A DNA stretch of 24,389 bases from an uncultured archaeon (GTDB lineage Archaea; Iainarchaeota; Iainarchaeia; Iainarchaeales; CSSED10-239): positions 1-24,389 of the forward strand of contig CAZPGO010000015.1 of NCBI GenBank assembly GCA_964586355.1. The letters run 5' to 3'. Positions 15,711 to 21,491 of the stretch are shown here, piece after piece. The translations under genes and the position numbers were made by a program. How positions within the stretch are numbered: position 1 is the first letter of the stretch; every line of letters starts with the position of its first letter. The notes below the pieces were generated by a model. The model was given only the letters and a program-made list of their open reading frames with translations. It was not told the DNA's origin and did not search any database.

Positions 15711-16577
15711 ATGGAACGAAATAAAGTTACAGAAAAAGAAAAAAATCAAAAAGAATCAAGACCAGAAAATAGAGGTTCACAAAATCAAAGAACATTAGTT
15801 AATGTTGATCTATATTTAAAAAATGGAATACATATTGGTACTAAATATAAAAACGGAGCCATGAGAAAATTTATTTTTAAGTCTAGACCAGATAAAATAA
15901 ATGTAATGGATGTTCAGCATATTGATAAAAGAATAAAATATTTCATAGGTTTTATAAATAATTATGATCCACAAGATGTGGTGTTTGTATCCAGAAAAAA
16001 ATATTCTTTACCTGGTTTGAAGATTTTAGAGCAAAATTTTGGTTATAATATAAAAGCAAATAGATTTATACCAGGAACATTTACAAATCCAGAATCAGAA
16101 CACTTTATTGAGCCAAAAATAGTGTTTATTTGTGATCCAAATGTAGATAGACAAGCAATTGTTGAAGCCGCAAAAATTGGTGTTCCAATTGCTGCTTTGT
16201 GTACCACTTCTAGTAATATTAGGAATGTTGATTATATTATACCATATAATAATAAAGGAAGAAAATCTGTTGCACTTTTCTTTTGGTTGTTAATTAGAGA
16301 GTTACAATTAAAAAATGGGATTATAAAATCAGATAAAGATTATGTCTATAATGTAGAAGATCTAATTTATAGCCCAGAAGCCGGCGAAAAAAGAGTAAGA
16401 GCTTCTGATGATGATGAGATGGGTCGCTCAAGAAGAAGACCCAAAACAACAAGACAAGGATCTAGATCTTTTTCTAGTCCAAGAGAAGTAAGAGCTCCAA
16501 GAACACCTAGAGCGCCAATAAAAGCAACAGAAAAACCAAAAGAAAAATCAGATACACAAGTTAAAAAAACAGAATGA
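15711..16577 (+). CDS. rps2: 30S ribosomal protein uS2 (S2) with N- and C-terminal extensions
   Basis: The core has LYLKNGIHIGTKYKNGAMRKFIF...INVMDVQHIDKRI... and ...FICDPNVDRQAIVEAAKIGVPIAALCTTSSN...DYIIPYNNKGRKS. The C-terminal ~60 aa are Arg/Ser/Pro-rich. Confidence 0.93.
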   Translation: MERNKVTEKEKNQKESRPENRGSQNQRTLVNVDLYLKNGIHIGTKYKNGAMRKFIFKSRPDKINVMDVQHIDKRIKYFIGFINNYDPQDVVFVSRKKYSLPGLKILEQNFGYNIKANRFIPGTFTNPESEHFIEPKIVFICDPNVDRQAIVEAAKIGVPIAALCTTSSNIRNVDYIIPYNNKGRKSVALFFWLLIRELQLKNGIIKSDKDYVYNVEDLIYSPEAGEKRVRASDDDEMGRSRRRPKTTRQGSRSFSSPREVRAPRTPRAPIKATEKPKEKSDTQVKKTE

Positions 16578-16598
16578 TTTTTAAAGAAATGTTTTTCT
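16578..16598 (+). terminator. Two T5 tracts directly after the uS2 stop; candidate terminator of cluster ii
   Basis: The sequence tttttaaagaaatgtttttct begins at the base after TGA 16575-16577. A 119-nt non-coding gap follows. Confidence 0.35.
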
Positions 16599-16696
16599 GG
16601 TATATATAGTTTTGCCAAAAGCAAAATCATTTAAAAAGACTTAGCAGATAATTTATTTAGATTAATCTGTGATTTAATCCTAAAAATGTGAAAAAT

Positions 16697-17416
16697 ATGC
16701 ATAATAGTAAAATAATGATTCTTTTGTCACAATTGGGTTTGACAGAGTATGAGTCTAGAACACTAACTACTCTGTTTGATTTATATGAGGCAGATGCACC
16801 AGACATTAGTAGAAATGCAGAGATTCCAAAGACAAGAGTTTATGATGTTTTAGAAAAACTAAAAGAAAAAGGTTTGGTTTTAGAAGTATATGGAAGACCA
16901 AAAAAATATAAGGTAATAGATCCAGAAGACATTTTTAAAAATTTATTAGACAAAAAACAAAAAGAGTTTAAAGATCTTGATAAACAAGTAAAAGATATTT
17001 TAGTAAAAGAAAATTGGAAAAACCATGTTGTTGCTCAAGAAAAACTTTTACAGGTTAGAAATCTTAAAGACTATAATAAACTTTTATCACAAGAATTTGA
17101 ATCCGCAAAAAACCAAATAAATGGATTTACTCATTTAGATAGTAGATTTGATGCTTTTGATGATGTTAAAGAAAAATCAAATTTAGATGTAAAATTAATT
17201 ACTAAACCAAATGTTAAAGAGTTTGAAATTCCTAAAAACTTTCAAATAAAAGAAAAAGATCATAGTATGGATGCTTATGTGATTGATAACAACAAAATAA
17301 TAATGTCATTAAATGATCTATCTACCCCTAAAGAAGTATATCATTTAACAGTTTTAAAAAATAATCCTAGTTTAACAAAAGCAATTACCACTCATTTTGA
17401 TCAATACTGGGCATAA
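16697..17416 (+). CDS. TrmB-family transcriptional regulator (winged HTH)
   Basis: The N-terminus LSQLGLTEYESRTLTTLFDLYEADAPDISRNAEIPKTRVYDVLEKLKEKGLV is a typical TrmB-type wHTH. GTG 16688 in the track is part of a GTGA motif, so ATG 16697 is preferred. Confidence 0.75.
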   Translation: MHNSKIMILLSQLGLTEYESRTLTTLFDLYEADAPDISRNAEIPKTRVYDVLEKLKEKGLVLEVYGRPKKYKVIDPEDIFKNLLDKKQKEFKDLDKQVKDILVKENWKNHVVAQEKLLQVRNLKDYNKLLSQEFESAKNQINGFTHLDSRFDAFDDVKEKSNLDVKLITKPNVKEFEIPKNFQIKEKDHSMDAYVIDNNKIIMSLNDLSTPKEVYHLTVLKNNPSLTKAITTHFDQYWA

Positions 17417-17872
17417 TTAAAATTTTATTTTTTCTATTTTTCCAAGCTTTCTAATTTGTTTAGCAAAAATATCATCATATTCATAAATATAATAAACCTT
17501 TTTAATACCAAACTCTACAAAATATCTGCAACAAGCATAGCAAGGGCTGTGTGTGCAGTAAACAACAGCATTTTTAAGATCAAACCCTTTTTTTAAAGCA
17601 TCAATCATTGCTCTTTGTTCTGCACAAATTCCTGTGCATAATTCGTTTTTTTGACCAGGTCTATATTTAAAATAATTTTTTGCACATCCAAGAACTGAGC
17701 AAGGAGGAATATTTTTAGAATTTCCATTATGTCCTTTTCCTATAACCATCTTATTTTTTACAACAACAGCAGCTATTTGTTTTTTTAAACAAAGAGATTT
17801 TTTGGATTCTTTTTCTAAAACTAGTTTTATTTTATTATTAAAATTTTCTTCTTCTTTTTTAGTTTTGATCAT
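17417..17872 (-). CDS. CMP/dCMP-type zinc deaminase (dCMP deaminase / ComEB-like)
   Basis: 151 aa with IAAVVVKNKMVIGKGHNGNS..PPC..LGC, then the catalytic motif CAEQRAMIDAL and PCYACC. This is the layout of deoxycytidylate deaminases, except that Cys replaces the usual His of HAE. It is the only minus-strand gene. Confidence 0.8.
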   Translation of the reverse strand: MIKTKKEEENFNNKIKLVLEKESKKSLCLKKQIAAVVVKNKMVIGKGHNGNSKNIPPCSVLGCAKNYFKYRPGQKNELCTGICAEQRAMIDALKKGFDLKNAVVYCTHSPCYACCRYFVEFGIKKVYYIYEYDDIFAKQIRKLGKIEKIKF

Positions 17873-17913
17873 AAAAATATGTTATTACAAATCTATTTAA
17901 AAAGATTCCTAAA

Positions 17914-17931
17914 TATATAATATATTATATA
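17914..17931. promoter_or_regulatory. Perfect 18-nt AT palindrome (TATATAATATATTATATA) in the divergent deaminase/L7Ae intergenic region; candidate bidirectional TATA region
   Basis: The reverse complement equals the sequence itself. It lies between the divergently oriented genes at 17872(-) and 18023(+). Confidence 0.25.
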
Positions 17932-17992
17932 GTTGGTGTTTTTTTGATAAGAAAAAAATCAAAAAAGCAGACCTTTTTTTAGTTTAAAAAAA

Positions 17993-18016
17993 GCCGATGA
18001 AAATAAAATTGGAGGT
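17993..18016 (+). promoter_or_regulatory. Candidate kink-turn hairpin in the L7Ae 5' leader, overlapping its GGAGGT ribosome-binding site
   Basis: Sequence is GCC-GAU-GA-A-AAUAAAAUU-G-GA-GGU. The C-stem is GCC/GGU. A 3-nt bulge GAU follows, then tandem sheared G.A/A.G (17999-18000 with 18012-18013). The 3b.3n pair is A.G, followed by two A-U pairs and a UAAAA loop. The layout parallels H. marismortui Kt-7 (GGC-GAA-GA-A... / ...G-GA-GCC). It ends 6 nt before ATG 18023. Confidence 0.45.
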
Positions 18017-18022
18017 TATTTT

Positions 18023-18760
18023 ATGGCAGAATATGTTAAATTTTCAGTACCAGAAGATCTAAAAACTTTACAAGCAGATGTTGTAAGTAAAATTAGTAAA
18101 TCTGGAAAAATAAAAATAGGAATTAATGAGGTTACAAAAACAATAGAAAGAAATATTGCAAAATTAGTAATAATTGCAGAAGATATTAGTCCTGCAGAAA
18201 TTGTTATGCATGTTCCTGTTATTTGTAAAGAAAAAAATATTCCTTTTACTTATGTAAGTACAAAAGAAGAACTAGGTAAGATTGTTGGAATATCAGCAAA
18301 AGCAAGTTCTGTTTCAATTACTGATGAAGGAGTTGCAAAAAAAGAATTTAGTGCATTAATAAATAAGATAGAAGAAATTTCTGGGGTTGTTTCTAAAAAA
18401 GCAGAAGTTGTAAAACCAGAAAAAGAAGTAAAAGCAAAAGTTGCGGAAAAAAAAGAAAAATCTAAAGACGAGCCTAAAGACGAGCTAAAGAAAGAAGCAC
18501 CTAAGGAAGAAGTAAAAGAAGAACCTAAGAAAGAGGAAGCTCCTAAAGAAGTAAAAGAAGAACCTAAGAAAGAAGAAGCTCCTAAAGAAGTAAAAGAAGA
18601 ACCTAAGAAAGAGGAAGCTTCTAAAGAAGTAAAAGAAGAAGCTCCTAAAGAAGTAAAAGAAGAACCTAAGAAAGAGGAAGCTCCTAAAGAAGTAAAAGAA
18701 GAAGCTCCTAAAGAAGTAAAAGAAGAAGCTCCTAAAGAAGAAGAGCCAAAAAAAGAGTAA
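18023..18760 (+). CDS. rpl7ae: 50S ribosomal protein eL8 / L7Ae (also an sRNP and RNase P component) with a ~125-aa repeat-containing C-terminal tail
   Basis: The N-terminal ~120 aa form a canonical L7Ae domain (GINEVTKTIERNIAKLVIIAEDISPAEIVMHVPVICKEKNIPFTYVSTKEELGKIVG). The remainder is a KE/P-rich tandem repeat. It leads the conserved L7Ae-eS28-eL24 cluster. Confidence 0.93.
   Translation: MAEYVKFSVPEDLKTLQADVVSKISKSGKIKIGINEVTKTIERNIAKLVIIAEDISPAEIVMHVPVICKEKNIPFTYVSTKEELGKIVGISAKASSVSITDEGVAKKEFSALINKIEEISGVVSKKAEVVKPEKEVKAKVAEKKEKSKDEPKDELKKEAPKEEVKEEPKKEEAPKEVKEEPKKEEAPKEVKEEPKKEEASKEVKEEAPKEVKEEPKKEEAPKEVKEEAPKEVKEEAPKEEEPKKE
18491..18745 (+). repeat. In-frame coding tandem repeat with mixed 39-nt (EEPKKEEAPKEVK) and 24-nt (EEAPKEVK) units inside L7Ae
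   Basis: 39-nt units lie at 18518-18556, 18557-18595, 18596-18634 and 18659-18697 and differ by single substitutions. 24-nt units lie at 18635-18658 and 18698-18721. A degenerate 27-nt unit lies at 18491-18517 and a partial unit starts at 18722. Confidence 0.95.
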
Positions 18761-18781
18761 ATAAAAAAATGGTGAAATAAT

Positions 18782-18991
18782 ATGGCAGATGAAGGAGTTC
18801 CAGCAGAAATTGTTGATATTGTTGGAAGAACAGGTTCTCGTGGAGAAGCAACTCAGGTATTATGTAAAATACTTGATGGTATGGAAAAAGGAAGAATAAA
18901 AAAAAGAAATGTTAGAGGCGTAGTAAAAAAAGGAGATATTTTAATTTTAATGAATCCTGAGTCAGAAGCAAAAGACATAAGAACACGCTAA
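18782..18991 (+). CDS. rps28e: 30S ribosomal protein eS28 (S28e)
   Basis: 69 aa with PAEIVDIVGRTGSRGEATQVLCKILDG...RNVRGVVKKGDILILMNPESEAK, an eS28 signature. Confidence 0.95.
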   Translation: MADEGVPAEIVDIVGRTGSRGEATQVLCKILDGMEKGRIKKRNVRGVVKKGDILILMNPESEAKDIRTR

Positions 18992-19025
18992 CTTAGCATA
19001 TTAAAATAAAAAAGGTGAATACAAA

Positions 19026-19238
19026 ATGAAATGTACATTTTGTGGAAAAGAAATGGAGAAAGGAACAGGCGTAGTCTATGCTAAAAAAGATGGTACAATT
19101 TATTATTTTTGCTCAAGCAAGTGTAGAAAAAATCAATTGAATAAAAAATACAAGCCTCTAAAAACAAGATGGACAGAAACCTATCAATTAGAAAAGAAAA
19201 GACATCAAAAAAAACAAGCAGAAAAGTCAGAAGAATAA
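19026..19238 (+). CDS. rpl24e: 50S ribosomal protein eL24 (L24e)
   Basis: 70 aa. MKCTFCGKEMEKGTGVVYAKKDGTIYYFCSSKCRKN is the eL24 zinc-ribbon N-terminus. Confidence 0.93.
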   Translation: MKCTFCGKEMEKGTGVVYAKKDGTIYYFCSSKCRKNQLNKKYKPLKTRWTETYQLEKKRHQKKQAEKSEE

Positions 19239-19246
19239 TTAATATA

Positions 19247-19274
19247 TTTTTCTACACCTATTTTTCTTTTTTTT
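19247..19274 (+). terminator. Oligo-T tracts (T5, T5, T8) downstream of eL24; candidate archaeal intrinsic terminator
   Basis: The sequence tttttctacacctatttttctttttttt lies directly after the eL24 stop in one of the few real intergenic gaps. Archaeal RNAP terminates at oligo-T. Confidence 0.4.
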
Positions 19275-19299
19275 AAAAAAATAAAATTGTGATCACATT

Positions 19300-21039
19300 T
19301 TGTATAGACAACCAATAATAACAATAATGGGCCACATAGACTCTGGAAAAACTACTTTTCTAGATAAAGTTAAGGGCTCAGTAATTGTTAGTAAAGAAGC
19401 AGGAAAAATAACACAACACATTGGTGCTACAGAAATAACTATAGATATAATCACAAAATTTTGTGGGCATCTAGCAAAAAAATTTAATTTTGAAATAAAT
19501 ATTCCTGGATTGTTGTTTATAGATACCCCAGGTCACAATGCTTTTGATAATTTAAGAGAAAGAGGTGGATCTTTAGCAGATCTTGTGGTGTTAGTTGTAG
19601 ATATAAATAAAGGTCTTCAAGCACAAGATATTGAAACACTAAATATTTTAAAAATGTATAAAGTTCCTTTTATTATTGCAGCAAATAAAATAGATCTAAT
19701 GCCAGGAAGTTGGCAACAAGAAAGTTTTGATATTACTTCAAATCTTAATACTCAACCAAAAAAGCTTTTAGACACATTAGATGAAAAAATATACAAAATT
19801 GTTGGACAGCTTTATGATAAAGGATATCTTGCAGAAAGATATGATAGAGTTACAGATTTCACAAAAACAGTAGCAATAATCCCAACATCAATATTAAAAT
19901 CATGGGGTCTTTCTGAATGTGTTTTATTTTTATCAGTCTTAAGTCAAAAATTTTTAGGCAAAAAAATAACCCTAGATCCAACAGATAAAATGCAAGCAGC
20001 AGTTTTGGAGGTTGGAGATCTTAAAGGGCTTGGGACAACTGCTGATGTTATTGTTTATCAAGGTCAATTAAAGTTAAAAGATTCTGTGGTGTTTCCAACT
20101 AAATCAGGAATAAAAGAAACAAAAATAAAATCTATATTAAAACCAAATGTAATGAGTGCAATAGACAAAAAATCACCATATGTGCTGGCCTCAGAAGTAT
20201 ATGCTGCTAGTGGTGTAAAAATAATAGCAAATGGTTTAGAAGACTGTTTGCCTGGTGGACTAATAGTATCTAGTAAAGACCAAGAAGCAGTAGAACATTT
20301 AAAAAACAGAGCTTACAGTTGTTTTGCAAAAGGAGAGCAAGGAGCATTTATAAAAGCAGACACATTAGGATCATTAGAAGCATTACAAAACCTACTTACC
20401 AAAAACGGAATCTGTATAGCACATTCAGATATTGGTGATTTTACTGGAAAAGATTTATTAGAATTAAAGATTTTAAATAAAAAAGACAAAGATCAAGGAG
20501 TATTATTTTTATTTAATGTAAAAATTGACAAAGATTTTGAAGAAGAGCTAATTAAGAGCAAAATACCTATATTTAAAAATAATATTATATATAAATTAAT
20601 TGAGGACTACCAAGATTGGATAACCAAACAAAAGAAATCAGAAAATGAAAAAATTTTAAAAGAAATAATTTATCCTTGTAAGTTTAAAATATTACCAAAT
20701 TGTATATTTAGAGCAAGCAAACCAGCAGTAGTTGGTGTTAAAATTTTACAAGGAAGATTAGTTGCAAATGCTAATATTGAGTTTAATGGTAAAGTTATTG
20801 GACAGGTAGAACATATACAATCTCAAGGCTCTCAAATAGAAAAAGCAATTGTAGATGATGAAGTTGCGATTTCTATAAAAGATGCAAGTTACTTAAAAGA
20901 TTTTAAAGAAGGAGATGTTTTAGAAATTTATATTTCAAAAACAGTAATTGAAAAATTAGAAAAAATAATTGATACAGAACTAACAAGTGAAGAAATATTT
21001 TTATTAAATGAAATAAAACAAAGAAAAAAAGAAGAATGA
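19300..21039 (+). CDS. infB: Translation initiation factor aIF5B (IF2-like GTPase)
   Basis: 579 aa. Starts RQPIITIMGHIDSGKTTFLD (G1) and has DTPGH (G3) and NKID (G4), followed by a beta-barrel and C-terminal domains. The apparent start is TTG 19300, 4 nt downstream of GTGATCAC. It holds the conserved slot before eS6. Confidence 0.92.
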   Translation: MYRQPIITIMGHIDSGKTTFLDKVKGSVIVSKEAGKITQHIGATEITIDIITKFCGHLAKKFNFEINIPGLLFIDTPGHNAFDNLRERGGSLADLVVLVVDINKGLQAQDIETLNILKMYKVPFIIAANKIDLMPGSWQQESFDITSNLNTQPKKLLDTLDEKIYKIVGQLYDKGYLAERYDRVTDFTKTVAIIPTSILKSWGLSECVLFLSVLSQKFLGKKITLDPTDKMQAAVLEVGDLKGLGTTADVIVYQGQLKLKDSVVFPTKSGIKETKIKSILKPNVMSAIDKKSPYVLASEVYAASGVKIIANGLEDCLPGGLIVSSKDQEAVEHLKNRAYSCFAKGEQGAFIKADTLGSLEALQNLLTKNGICIAHSDIGDFTGKDLLELKILNKKDKDQGVLFLFNVKIDKDFEEELIKSKIPIFKNNIIYKLIEDYQDWITKQKKSENEKILKEIIYPCKFKILPNCIFRASKPAVVGVKILQGRLVANANIEFNGKVIGQVEHIQSQGSQIEKAIVDDEVAISIKDASYLKDFKEGDVLEIYISKTVIEKLEKIIDTELTSEEIFLLNEIKQRKKEE

Positions 21040-21054
21040 AATTAAAAGAGGTGT

Positions 21055-21480
21055 ATGGCTTTGAAAATAGTACTAAACGATTCAAAAACAAAAGAAAGTT
21101 ATAATGTTGAGGTTGATGATAAAACAAGATTATCATTAATTGGAAAAAAAATAAAAGACGAATTAGATTTATCAGTTATTGTTCCTGGTCTTAAAGGAAA
21201 AATAACAGGGGGATCTGATAAACAAGGTTTTCCATTAAGCCCAAAACTAGATTCAGAAAGACCAAAGAAGATACTTACAAAGATAGGTTTTGGATTTAAG
21301 TCAGCAACAAAAAAAGGACAAAGAAAAAGAGTTAGAGTTTCTGGAAGAATAATTACAGAAAACACTCAACAAGTAAATGTTAAAATAACTGAAGGCGACA
21401 CAAGCACATTAAGAGAAAAATATCCAAAAAAAGAAAAAACAGATGAAGATAAGAAATCAAAGAAAAAGAAAAAAAAGTGA
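21055..21480 (+). CDS. rps6e: 30S ribosomal protein eS6 (S6e)
   Basis: 141 aa with ...GLKGKITGGSDKQGFPLSP... of eS6 type. It has a poly-Lys C-terminus. Confidence 0.9.
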   Translation: MALKIVLNDSKTKESYNVEVDDKTRLSLIGKKIKDELDLSVIVPGLKGKITGGSDKQGFPLSPKLDSERPKKILTKIGFGFKSATKKGQRKRVRVSGRIITENTQQVNVKITEGDTSTLREKYPKKEKTDEDKKSKKKKKK

Positions 21481-21491
21481 AAAGATAATAA

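Noticed and set aside
16367-16630. 87-aa minus-strand ORF overlapping the uS2 3' end and the downstream gap.
   Set aside because: It is antisense to the uS2 tail. The + strand frame is continuous with the conserved uS2 core and ends at a T-tract terminator-like sequence. There is no independent support for the antisense frame.
17990-18022. GAUGA upstream of L7Ae as box C of a box C/D sRNA.
   Set aside because: There is no matching CUGA box D or C'/D' pair at a suitable distance. The element sits in a protein-gene leader and folds better as a simple K-turn hairpin.
14142-18022. The tRNA-Leu as an integration site, with the TrmB/deaminase pair as a small genomic island.
   Set aside because: The tRNA is separated from the accessory pair by five core genes. 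No integrase or recombinase, direct repeat of the tRNA 3' end, or compositional break is visible.
18491-18745. A regular 24-39-nt repeat array that superficially resembles a CRISPR locus. The same applies to 24263-24389.
   Set aside because: The units are directly adjacent with no unique spacers. Every unit length is a multiple of 3, and the units sit in frame inside long ORFs continuous with conserved protein domains. No cas genes or leader are present. These are coding tandem repeats.
941-21365. About twenty minus-strand ORFs of 61-107 aa in the supplied track. They are at 941-1168, 1431-1700, 1592-1804, 1893-2210, 3059-3265, 4067-4354, 5074-5262, 5879-6082, 6408-6593, 7514-7765, 7698-8021, 7924-8127, 8239-8490, 20903-21136 and 21099-21365.
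   Set aside because: All lie antisense to confidently identified ribosomal or translation-factor genes. They translate to Phe/Leu/Ser-rich low-complexity strings, the mirror image of AAA/GAA-rich sense codons. They have no GGTGA-type motif upstream. They are shadow ORFs expected in AT-rich DNA with few stop codons on the antisense strand.
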